This document shows, in pieces, positions 9,065-17,926 of a DNA stretch of 64,000 nucleotides. The stretch is taken from the IMG/VR virus record IMGVR_UViG_3300042289_000986, positions 62,001 to 126,000 of that record. One strand, given 5' to 3'. The position numbers and the translations under genes are program-made. Position 1 is the stretch's first letter. Every line of letters starts with the position of its first letter. The notes beneath the pieces were generated by a model. The model had not been told where the DNA came from. It saw only the letters and a program-made list of their open reading frames with translations, and did no database searches.

Positions 9065-9097
9065 CAAAAGGAAAGATCTTTGATATGTTAGTAATAC

Positions 9098-9400
9098 GAT
9101 TTGGTGGCAGTTATAACCAAATCAGGATAAAAATTTTTGCTTGTTGGTGAGTTGGGGTTTTTATCTGAGCTAGGGGAGCCAAGCTGCGGTAAGCTATGAT
9201 CCTATGCATTTATACAATACAAGCTATGGACGAAGTTGTGTTCTGCGGATTGCGGAGCCTTCGTTGAGTAGTGGGACAAATTCTAGAATAAAACCCACTA
9301 AACACCAATTCGGGTTAATCTTGTAAGAGGAGCCGACTTTCCGTGGTTGTATAAACATGGCTGAGATTAGTCCTGAATCGTCGCGGGTAAACGATTCACA
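9098..9400 (+). ncRNA. Unassigned structured ncRNA (about 300 nt)
   Basis: Own promoter TTGACA(9061)-N17-TATGTT; GC-rich; no ORF; multiple nested helices. Confidence 0.7.
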
Positions 9401-9466
9401 TTTTCAGTAAATATTATTGTTATTTTTCTCGCGGAAACTTAGAGGTTTTTGCGAAAGGAGATAACA

Positions 9467-9571
9467 ATGACATTAATAATAGGAACAATAGTCTTAGCAT
9501 TTAACATTAAACTTGCATGTTTAGGTTATTTGGTAATGATTACAGAAATGTTTGGCAGACACACTCGATAA
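9467..9571 (+). CDS. 34-aa hydrophobic peptide with strong SD (not in track)
   Basis: AAAGGAG-ataaca-ATG; MTLIIGTIVLAFNIKLACLGYLVMITEMFGRHTR. Confidence 0.55.
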   Translation: MTLIIGTIVLAFNIKLACLGYLVMITEMFGRHTR

Positions 9572-9596
9572 TGAATGATTCTGACTAACGTTTTTG

Positions 9597-9630
9597 AAAC
9601 AAGGGTAGAGAAATCTACCCTTGTTTTTTT
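9597..9630 (+). terminator. Intrinsic terminator
   Basis: AAACAAGGGTAGA-GAAA-TCTACCCTTGTTT then T-run. Confidence 0.85.
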
Positions 9631-9657
9631 ATAACTTAATGATATATTGTTTACATG

Positions 9658-9744
9658 GGTGCGATGGCTGAGTGGTCTAAAGCAGGAGTTTACTAAACTC
9701 TCGAAGTTTAATCGCTTCCGTGGGTTCGAATCCTACTCGCACCG
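9658..9744 (+). tRNA. tRNA-Ser(ACT)
   Basis: Acceptor GGTGCGA/TCGCACC, G73, long variable arm, loop TT-ACT-AA. Confidence 0.88.
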
Positions 9745-9750
9745 TTTTTT

Positions 9751-10164
9751 ATGGAAATAACAGAATACGATCCGTTTAAAAAATCAATTGTTCCTTATGG
9801 CTTAGATAGGGGTGCTCCTAAATTTGATATAATTGAAACAAAAACTAAAAAAGATCAGCACTACAATCTTGCAGTGCAACAAGCACAAAAAGAATTTGAA
9901 AATCTTAAACAAATAGCTGATGTAATTAATAAACAAGCTCAACAAATAAAAGAGCGTTTAGAAATTACAGAACTTGTATATAACGCCGAACGTACCTTTA
10001 CCCCTGTTGTTGGAGCCAACTACTGGCTTATAAAAGATACAAAAAAAAATAATATAAAAATTGTTGTTTTGGGTCCGAAAGAATGGGCTACAAAACATCC
10101 AGAAAATTATGAATATATTTCAGAAGTTCAATTTTTAGCTAATGGACTTTGGGAAAAGTTGTGA
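9751..10164 (+). CDS. DUF2452-like protein
   Basis: PYG..RGAPKF, coiled coil, F.PVVG.NYWL, W at C-end. Confidence 0.6.
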   Translation: MEITEYDPFKKSIVPYGLDRGAPKFDIIETKTKKDQHYNLAVQQAQKEFENLKQIADVINKQAQQIKERLEITELVYNAERTFTPVVGANYWLIKDTKKNNIKIVVLGPKEWATKHPENYEYISEVQFLANGLWEKL

Positions 10165-10394
10165 TAATATATCAATATGAAAAAGTATGCTATACATATT
10201 AAATTCAAAGGACGTAATTTTAAATTAAACATTTTACCAAAAGATGATGATAGATTTGATTTGGAAATGGAATTTAAAGGTTCTCTATCTGGAGAAGATT
10301 TTCAAGATTTAAGAAAATATCTTGTTGATGAAGGATATGTAGATGCTGCCAGAAGTTGGATAGAAGGAGATAGTTATCTGGCAAATTAATTTTT

Positions 10395-10485
10395 GGGTAG
10401 ATGGCTGAGTTGGTCTAAGGCGTCCGACTTGAAATCGGAAGTGGGGGAAACTTCACCGTGGGTTCGAATCCTACTCTACCCGCCA
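10395..10485 (+). tRNA. tRNA-Ser(TGA)
   Basis: TCCGA-CT-TGA-AA-TCGGA; long V-arm; GCCA end. Confidence 0.93.
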
Positions 10486-10490
10486 TTTAA

Positions 10491-10564
10491 GGAGTCATAG
10501 CTCAATTGGTCAGAGCACCGCCCTGTCACGGCGGGGGTTGCGAGTTCGAGCCTCGTTGACTCCG
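10491..10564 (+). tRNA. tRNA-Asp(GTC)
   Basis: CCGCC-CT-GTC-AC-GGCGG. Confidence 0.93.
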
Positions 10565-10787
10565 TTTTTGAATAAGTATAACATATGTTTGAAAGCGGAA
10601 ACTCATTTGAAGATAAAACATCTGATGCTTTTATAAATGAAGCAATAAAAGAAACGTTAGATAATTTAAAAATTAACCCACCAAAATTCCAAGCGGTTTT
10701 TGATGACGGTTCAACTGTAGATTTTGAAATTTACGAAGAAGCTATGGGTTTTTTACATAAAAACCCAAACTGTAAAGTATTTGTAAA

Positions 10788-11219
10788 ATGAAATTTAAAA
10801 TTTATTTTGAATCAAAAAATTTTAATTTAAATGTTTATTATAAACTTTTAAATAATTTTTTGAATTCACAAAAAAACTGGAACTTAAAAAAAATTGAAAA
10901 TGATCCATATAACCAAATGGAAATTGTTGATGAGAATGGAAAAAGGTATGGGAAAATTGAAAGAGATTATGATCCTGAAACAAAAACATTATATTTAAAT
11001 CATATCGGTGTGGGGTTTGATGAAAACGGTCAAAGAATGAAAGGTTTGGGGTTGGTTGATTTAATTTATAATTTTGAAAAACAAATCGTGCAAATGTATG
11101 GAATTGAAAACGTTTGCACAGAACCAGTAAATGATATTACAGATAAAAAATTCAAAGAAATATACCAAGATTACAAAATAGAGCAAAAAGACAATTATAT
11201 TTGCGCCTCGATTAAATAA
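10788..11219 (+). CDS. Possible GNAT-fold protein
   Basis: LYLNHIGV..QRMKGLGL resembles acetyl-CoA motif A; leader MKFKIYFES. Confidence 0.4.
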   Translation: MKFKIYFESKNFNLNVYYKLLNNFLNSQKNWNLKKIENDPYNQMEIVDENGKRYGKIERDYDPETKTLYLNHIGVGFDENGQRMKGLGLVDLIYNFEKQIVQMYGIENVCTEPVNDITDKKFKEIYQDYKIEQKDNYICASIK

Positions 11220-11228
11220 GTATAAGAT

Positions 11229-11957
11229 ATGAGAAAAGATGATATTAGCATTAACGAAGCTTACTTAAAAGTTTATCAAAATTTAGAAGAAGGCATGTTT
11301 GATGTCGCTAAAGCCAAAATTGGTGGTGCAATTAAAGGTATTGCGCCTGGTAAAAGATTAGGCGCAATGGCAGCAAAAGGATTAGGAAAAGCTGCTGGTA
11401 TGCTGAGTCCAACAGCAGGAAAAATGTTACAACAAACAGGTGAGCGTTTACAAAAATCTGCATCAGAAGCTGGTATGGCTGGTAAAATAAACTCAATCAT
11501 GAAATCTCATACAGGCAGCATTCAAAAGATTGCTCAAGAAGTCATTAATGATTTAAACAAATTAGATTTAAATCCTGAAAATCTTACAGCCGAACAATTT
11601 GCTTCCCAAATAACACAAGATTTCACATCTTATTTAAGCTCACAGCTTCCAGAATCGCAAGTTGATGTTTCTGGTATTGGAATTGGATCAACAGTTAAAG
11701 ATAAAGAAGGAAACGCTTATCGTTATACTTCTCCTTCAGAAGTTGATCCAGCAACAGGCAAACTTAAACCAGCAACTGATAGTGCCAACAAAGAAGGTGC
11801 TAAATGGTATGAACTGAGTGGTGGTGGCAAATCAGCATATGAGATTGCTGGGGACAGCGATGAAATGCAAAAGAAAATTTCTATTGCTTTCAAAAAACAA
11901 GGCCAATCTCAGCCAGAAACACCAGAAGAAGAAAAACCAAAAATGCCCGAATTTTAA
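11229..11957 (+). CDS. Putative head-internal protein with KDxxxxxEAY leader
   Basis: MRKDDISINEAYLKVYQNLEE-G; Gly/Ala/Lys-rich helix; TAAGTA 6 nt upstream. Confidence 0.6.
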   Translation: MRKDDISINEAYLKVYQNLEEGMFDVAKAKIGGAIKGIAPGKRLGAMAAKGLGKAAGMLSPTAGKMLQQTGERLQKSASEAGMAGKINSIMKSHTGSIQKIAQEVINDLNKLDLNPENLTAEQFASQITQDFTSYLSSQLPESQVDVSGIGIGSTVKDKEGNAYRYTSPSEVDPATGKLKPATDSANKEGAKWYELSGGGKSAYEIAGDSDEMQKKISIAFKKQGQSQPETPEEEKPKMPEF

Positions 11958-11999
11958 TTTATCTTGCTTTCTTTGATTTTTCTAGTAAGATAATAATAT

Positions 12000-12076
12000 C
12001 GGGATGTGGCTCAATTTGGTAGAGCATCTGCTTTGGGAGCAGAGGGTTGCAGGTTCAAATCCTGTCATCCCGACCA
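12000..12076 (+). tRNA. tRNA-Pro(TGG)
   Basis: CGGGATG/CATCCCG; loop TT-TGG-GA; ACCA. Confidence 0.94.
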
Positions 12077-12170
12077 TTTATTCTTGACAATATTTTGTTT
12101 TTATAATATTGTCTATGGATGAAAAATGAAGTTATTTATGATTTAAGAACTTAAAAATGTAACAAAATCT

Positions 12171-12821
12171 ATGTTAATAAAACATTACATCAAAGAAATA
12201 AACTCTGATATTTTTGCGGTTGTTATTAAAAACAAATATGATCGTGCCATGCTTTTTTGTCGCGCCCAAGAATATTATGAAAGTCCAAGTCCTAAGTTTC
12301 GTGGAAAACAATTTTCTATTTGGGACTATATGAAATGGTATGATGAACAACATGGAAGAGGATTTAGTTATGCAAATGATTGGTCTGGTTTCAACATTCC
12401 TTTGAGACAAATAAACGATTGTTATAACAAATTAAACAAGATAGAGTCTCCTTATGATAAACTAATGTATGATATTTTGGCTGTTTTGAATTTAAAATAT
12501 CTTGCGACAAATGAATCATACGTGATTGGTTGTGGTGACACAAAAGGTGATATCTTTAAACATGAAGTCTGTCATGGTCTTTATTACACCAATAAAGAAT
12601 ACAAAAAGAAAATGGATGCTTTGACTAAAGGACTTCCAAAAAAATATTACGAAGCATTCAAAAAAAATATTTTAAAAATGGGATATGCCGCAAAAGTCGT
12701 TGATGATGAGATACAAGCATATCTTCAATATGGATATGAAAATGAAGATTTTGGAAAAGGGGTTGACATTAGTGTTCGTATCGAATATAGTAGTCTTTAT
12801 AAACAACAATCAAAATTATGA
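12171..12821 (+). CDS. Hypothetical protein with HExxH (zincin-like) motif
   Basis: FKHEVCHGLY; downstream DEIQAY. Confidence 0.5.
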   Translation: MLIKHYIKEINSDIFAVVIKNKYDRAMLFCRAQEYYESPSPKFRGKQFSIWDYMKWYDEQHGRGFSYANDWSGFNIPLRQINDCYNKLNKIESPYDKLMYDILAVLNLKYLATNESYVIGCGDTKGDIFKHEVCHGLYYTNKEYKKKMDALTKGLPKKYYEAFKKNILKMGYAAKVVDDEIQAYLQYGYENEDFGKGVDISVRIEYSSLYKQQSKL

Positions 12822-15300
12822 AAGCAAAACATCAATTCAAATATACATACGACGAATTTTGTGAAAACTTTTCACCAGTTGAAGTCATTTTTGATATACC
12901 AACAGGAGAAGTAACTATTACTCAAATGCTTTGGAATTTTGAGTGTTACTTGAAAGCTTGTGGCTTTGTCTTTGATGGACATTTGGAAGTTGTACCAGAA
13001 AGTGGTTATGATGTCATCGATGATACAGACTATTGTTGTATGGGTGATACTGATGGTTTAGAAGATGAACAATATATTATACCTCCAACAGTTAAATCTC
13101 CTTCTTATTGGGATAATCAACCGTCAAGCATTTGTTCTTCTGATAAACACAACATAACAGCGGAAGATCCTAAAAAGTTTTTTCCTCAACATGATAGCGG
13201 TCTTTCTACTACTTCTAGTTCTTTAGATAATGAGTGGACTAAAGCAGAAAAGAAACTCAAAGAATGGAATGAGGGAATTGCTAAACTTGATAACGAACAA
13301 AAAGAGAAAGCTAATGAAGATGCTCGTAAAATGTCTGATCTTCATTACGAAGCCACAAAAGAAGTGGTTAAGAATAAATGGGTTCATGGTATGTGCAATC
13401 CACCTTCACCTGATTGGAAAAAGAATAAATGAAGAAACCTACACAAAAACAAAAGATCGAAATGTATGAAAAATTCTTACATAAGATCAATATGTGTGTA
13501 ATGTGTTGTAATGATACAGGAGTTAGAGAACTTGTACACAATGCAGATGATTGGTCTTATATGCATCGTGTAGGAAACGGAGAACCATCTGAAAGAGAAC
13601 AACAAAGATTGATTACAAAAGCATTTTGGCAACTTTGCGATACTCCAGAATCAGATAAAGAAGTCGAAGAAAGACAAAGAATATATACTGAAAAGAAAAA
13701 AGAAAGAGAAGAAGCTGCTATAAATTTATGAAAAAGAAAAATAATAAATTCCAATACAAACCATATCCATCAACGGATGTAAGATCACCATATTATGATT
13801 CAAAATCAACAATTACGGAGGAACATTACACACTAGACGGAGATCATCCCGAAGATCGAATCTATAGAGATAAAGAATTTATCAACAGACTTCAATCACA
13901 TATTGATATAGTATATGATATTTTAGCTATGGACTTAAAACTTAACGAAAAGGGCAAAGAATGGCTTTTTGATTTTGTTTATAACGAAGAAGAAAATATT
14001 GAGTTTGAAGACTTCTTGGCAAAGTATAAGGTCAAGTATAAAGATCTAGTTACTTCAAATAGCTGGTATTATAATCAATAAAATATGATAACAAAACTAG
14101 TAGCATTATTCGCAATAGTCACCGCATCTATTGGATTGAGTGTAGCAACTCTCATTTATGGATGGGGATTAGAACCTAAAAGCTGGACCGCAATTATATT
14201 CTTTGGTATAGTTGGTCAAGTTATTGTAAGCAGTCTTTATAGAAAAATTATGGAAGATGACAAATGAAATACAGAATTAAAGAAGAAATAAAGATGGGTA
14301 AACATTACTTTTACCCTCAATATAAAAAATTCCTATTCTGGAAGAATATGACTGAACGTGATGTTAAGGATGTAGTTGTATACCCTCACCTAAAAGGAGC
14401 TAAAGATCATATTGAAATCTTTAAAGAGAGACTAAACAAGAAAAAGAAGCTTGATAGTTACAAACAAGTATTGTATCATTCCTATATATCATAGATGAAA
14501 TATAAATTTGTAGAAACTCAAGGTTGCACGGCATTTGGCTTCACTGTCAATGATGAAGACCTTGCTAATGTTTCCAAAGAGAAACAAAAAGAAATTATTG
14601 ATTATCTTTGTGAAAAAATGAAAGAAGAAATTGATAAAGGAACTGTTTTGTTTTCAGATATTGTTGGAGTTTTTCAAGAAACGGATCATGGTTCTGAAAA
14701 AGAACCTTGCGATCAATGCTATGATACTGTAAGCTGGACTATATGGGAGATTTAACTATGAATACAAATGAATATGTAAAAATTCTAGAAGAAGAATGTG
14801 GCAAAAACCAAGCACACAAGAAAAAAAGTATCAAAAAAAGTACAGGTATAAATGCTCTTTACATACCAGAAAAACCAAAGCCAGATTACAGTTGGACGAT
14901 TAAAGATCGTTTAAAAAATACTTTTATAATTCTTAATAACCGTTGGGTGTTTTTGAAAAACTACAACCCTCTGGATTTTAGATCTTATGAAGAAGAATAT
15001 AACCCATATGGGTTTGATAAGATATATACTAAATTTCACAGAACATCGACTCCATTAACTCGTTTTAAACTTTTTTGGGGTGAATTTGAAACTACTTTAA
15101 AAAATATTAAAGATGGTTTTTTATATACCCCACTCGCTGTTAAACATTATCAAAAAAATAAAGAAAGAATATCTTGGTTTGAAGAAAATCTTTCAAAGAT
15201 GTTTGCCGATAAGTTAGATGTTGATGTCAGAAAAGTATTGCATAAACATGGGTATGATCTTGACGGACAAGGTAGAATTTGTTATAAAGTAAAAGAATGA
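12818..15300 (+). other. Run of seven small abutting hypothetical ORFs (12818, 13429, 13728, 14085, 14264, 14495, 14743)
   Basis: Overlapping or abutting start/stop codons on the same strand, typical of phage early genes. Confidence 0.6.
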
Positions 15301-15467
15301 AAATTATAATTTTATCTTTACTTTTAACTGGATGCACAACGCTTACAGATAAAATGGTAAAACCAGCTATTAATGAAGATAACTATTGGAAAACTCCTTG
15401 TATTTGGGATGGAACTATTTTAAAAAAACCTTGGCTCAAAAAAGATATAACTACAAATGAGCGATAA
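15297..15467 (+). CDS. Small lipoprotein (56 aa, not in track)
   Basis: MKIIILSLLLTG-C lipobox; ATGA overlap with the upstream gene. Confidence 0.6.
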   Translation: MKIIILSLLLTGCTTLTDKMVKPAINEDNYWKTPCIWDGTILKKPWLKKDITTNER

Positions 15468-15588
15468 ATTAAAACAAATTATGGAAGAAATCAGTAAATT
15501 AACAATTACTGAACTTAATGAACTTATTAAAAGTTTAGAACCTATCTTTACACCAGAAAATAAAACAGATGAACACGGAAATAATTGA
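15457..15588 (+). CDS. 43-aa protein resembling the N-terminal dimerisation domain of ribosomal protein bL12 (not in track)
   Basis: MSDKLKQIMEEISKLTITELNELIKSLEPIF fits the bL12 NTD pattern I-x-E-x-I-x-x-L-T-x-x-E-L-x-E-L-x-K-x-L-E-x-x-F. Confidence 0.7.
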   Translation: MSDKLKQIMEEISKLTITELNELIKSLEPIFTPENKTDEHGNN

Positions 15589-15823
15589 CGAACAATATAA
15601 AACACATCTTGTTAAAGAGTATGAGCGTCTTAAAGATGAAGTTGAATTATACAAAAAAGTTAATCTTAGTTTAAGGAAAGAACTTACGATGTGTGAAAAA
15701 CTTATTGAATTAAACATAAAAGATCTTTGGAACATAGCCGATCAAAGAGATTGGTATTATGAAGAATATCAAAAATTAAAAAGAAAAGAGGAGCTTAAAC
15801 AAGCTGCTTGGAGAAGAAAATAG
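15569..15823 (+). CDS. Coiled-coil hypothetical protein
   Basis: Heptad-rich ORF. Confidence 0.5.
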   Translation: MNTEIIDEQYKTHLVKEYERLKDEVELYKKVNLSLRKELTMCEKLIELNIKDLWNIADQRDWYYEEYQKLKRKEELKQAAWRRK

Positions 15824-15828
15824 ATTGA

Positions 15829-16203
15829 ATGGATTTATTATTTGTTTACGGTACTTTAATAGAAAATAAAAAAACAAAAATACATAAACTTTTAAACAAA
15901 AATAGTTTGTATATATCTAAAGCTGTTTTTCAAGGTAAACTTTATGATACAGGAAAATATCCAGCAGCAATAAAATCTAATAAAAAAAATGACATGGTTA
16001 TCGGAAATATAATAAAAATATTAGATTTAGAAATATTAAAAAAAATAGACGAATATGAAGGATTAGAGTATAAAAGAAATATAACGACATTAGTAGCTAA
16101 TAAAAAAAATATAAAAGCTTGGATTTATCTTTATTGTAAATCGATTGAGAAACATAAAAGAATAATATCGGGTAATTGGTTAAAATATAAAAAAATAGAT
16201 TGA
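15829..16203 (+). CDS. Gamma-glutamylcyclotransferase (AIG2-like) family protein
   Basis: LFVYGTL, GKLY..G.YP, DEYEG..YKR, AWIY. Confidence 0.85.
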   Translation: MDLLFVYGTLIENKKTKIHKLLNKNSLYISKAVFQGKLYDTGKYPAAIKSNKKNDMVIGNIIKILDLEILKKIDEYEGLEYKRNITTLVANKKNIKAWIYLYCKSIEKHKRIISGNWLKYKKID

Positions 16204-16246
16204 CTGATTAAATATATCTGGTAAATTAGATATAGTTCTTTGAAAA
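16200..16246 (+). promoter_or_regulatory. Sigma70-like promoter followed by boxA-like element
   Basis: TTGACT-N16-TAAATT then GTTCTTTGAAAA (16235-16246). Confidence 0.6.
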
Positions 16247-16257
16247 ATTTAAAAAAG

Positions 16258-16597
16258 TTTAATGTTGGCTAGTCGAACCAGCATTAAAAATCCTGATGCG
16301 AAACCCATCAGGTAACAAGGTATGCAACTCTACCTCTCTATACAACGGATACGTGTCCGTGTTCTGATCAGACATATAGAGTCCCATAGTGGATAACTTA
16401 AAAGTGAAAAAAAAGAGTGTAGGTTCTGGGTAAACCGAAGCTAGATTGGCTAAAACCCTTGTCCCGAAAGGGGTAAAGGTTCTGTGTTCTGATTCTAAGC
16501 ATTATGGCCCAATCGAACAACGATTGGCTTAGATAATGCCAGCAGATTAAGGCGCAACTTAATCGTCAGTCTGGTCCTGTTTGCGACAAAAACACCA
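16258..16597 (+). ncRNA. Unassigned structured ncRNA, 5' domain/RNA A (about 340 nt)
   Basis: GC-rich, no ORF, more than 8 helices with multibranch closure, ends ACCA + U-rich spacer. Confidence 0.7.
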
Positions 16598-16607
16598 ATT
16601 TTTATAA

Positions 16608-16789
16608 TCCGAGAATCCTAACGAGATTCTAGTCAGTACCCACTGATGAATAGAAGCTGTTCGTTACAGTAATAAGGGGGATGGTTGCCGTGACTCGCAT
16701 ACGGTGTGCGTAAGTTGACTCGTCTGAAAAGATAGGGAGTCCGTGCTTGATTCCGAAAGGAAAATGATGGTATGTAAAGACAGCCGAAA
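16608..16789 (+). ncRNA. Unassigned structured ncRNA, 3' domain/RNA B (about 180 nt)
   Basis: Hairpins AGAATC/GATTCT, TCAGT/ACTGA, GCTGT/ACAGT, GACTC/GAGTC; two GAAA tetraloops. Confidence 0.65.
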
Positions 16790-16814
16790 TTTTTTAATTC
16801 TTTTATAATTTAAT

Positions 16815-16888
16815 TCCTTGGTGGGCTAACGGTAAGCCAACAAACTGTTAATTTGTTCATCATGCTGGTTCGAATCCAGCCCAAGGAG
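16815..16888 (+). tRNA. tRNA-Asn(GTT)
   Basis: TCCTTGG/CCAAGGA; ACAAA-CT-GTT-AA-TTTGT. Confidence 0.92.
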
Positions 16889-16970
16889 CTTTTATTAAAT
16901 GTATAAAAATGGTGTTATACTAAGCCAAACCATTATATAAAATGTTACATATAATATGTAAGTATTATAT

Positions 16971-17525
16971 ATGAGTATAAATGCAGATCGTGTTAAAGCT
17001 TGGAGAAAAGATACTAAAAATTTAATTGTTGAAGGGTTTGGAGGAAAATGTTGTATATGTGGTTATGATAAATGTGAAGAAGCTTTTGATATACACCATA
17101 TAGATCCTACTCAAAAGACATTATCTTTTGGAGGAATAAGAGCTAATCCTAAACAATGGAAAATTTTATTAAAAGAGTTAGAAAATTGCGTTTTATTGTG
17201 TGCTAACTGTCACAGAGAATATCATGCAGGTAAAACTAACATCCCAAAAAATATTCCAAAATTTGTAGATTTAAAAGAAAAAAGAAAAATAAAAACATAT
17301 TGTCCAATTTGTAATAAGCAAAAAGCAAATTATCTTATAACTTGTTCAAAAACTTGTGCTGCAAAAAGAAAATCTCAAATCGAATGGGATAATTTTGATT
17401 TATATGATTTACACGTAATTCAAAAATTAAGTAATCTTAAAATAGGAAAAATAGTTGGTGCTTCTGATGTTGCAGTTATAAAAAGATTAAAAAAATTAAA
17501 AATTTATCAACTTCAAAATAATTAG
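16971..17525 (+). CDS. HNH endonuclease with Zn fingers and C-terminal HTH
   Basis: CCICG..FDIHHIDP..CVLLCANCHREYH; CPIC..CSKTC. Confidence 0.85.
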   Translation: MSINADRVKAWRKDTKNLIVEGFGGKCCICGYDKCEEAFDIHHIDPTQKTLSFGGIRANPKQWKILLKELENCVLLCANCHREYHAGKTNIPKNIPKFVDLKEKRKIKTYCPICNKQKANYLITCSKTCAAKRKSQIEWDNFDLYDLHVIQKLSNLKIGKIVGASDVAVIKRLKKLKIYQLQNN

Positions 17526-17540
17526 TGTATAATTACTATT

Positions 17541-17660
17541 ATGAAAAAACTATTATATACTATTATCTTTGTTAGTATTTGTTTACTTGTTTCTGGATGT
17601 TATAGCACAAAATCTATGGGCGATTCAGAAAAAGCAGACAAATATCTTTTTATCTATTAA
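17541..17660 (+). CDS. 39-aa lipoprotein (not in track)
   Basis: MKKLLYTIIFVSICLLVSG-C; TATAAT 7 nt upstream. Confidence 0.55.
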   Translation: MKKLLYTIIFVSICLLVSGCYSTKSMGDSEKADKYLFIY

Positions 17661-17666
17661 CTTAAA

Positions 17667-17918
17667 TTATTTTTGATTACAACTATCTAAAAGTTCTTTA
17701 TAAACTCTGTTTATATTTTCCATAGCTTGACAGAGCATAGATATGGAACTTGGATGATTAATAGCATTAGAATATTCTTTTATTTCTTCAGCATTTGCTG
17801 AAATGGTCATTCTTAATCTAATTTCTTTAGGTGATATAGAATTTTTTTTATTTGAGTCGCAACAAGAAGCAACTGTTTCATATAATTTTTCTAAACTGGT
17901 TTGGTCTTTTTTCGCCAT
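17667..17918 (-). CDS. Small protein with KDQ leader
   Basis: MAKKDQTSLEKLYE; TAAATA 5 nt upstream. Confidence 0.55.
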   Translation of the reverse strand: MAKKDQTSLEKLYETVASCCDSNKKNSISPKEIRLRMTISANAEEIKEYSNAINHPSSISMLCQAMENINRVYKELLDSCNQK

Positions 17919-17926
17919 AATAATAT

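Noticed and set aside
9098-9400. RNase P, SRP or 6S RNA identity
   Set aside because: No GAGGAAAGTCC P4 signature, no SRP domain IV motif, branched rather than rod-like
10395-10485. tRNA with TGA anticodon as stop suppressor or sign of recoding
   Set aside because: Anticodon UGA reads UCA (Ser); long genes are intact under code 11 with TAG and TGA used as stops
16365-16405. Group I intron S-element-like ATATAGAGTCC
   Set aside because: No matching P7 partner and no interrupted host gene
16643-16649. CTGATGA as a hammerhead ribozyme core
   Set aside because: Not followed by stem II plus GAAA in the required geometry; CTGA is paired in the TCAGT/ACTGA hairpin
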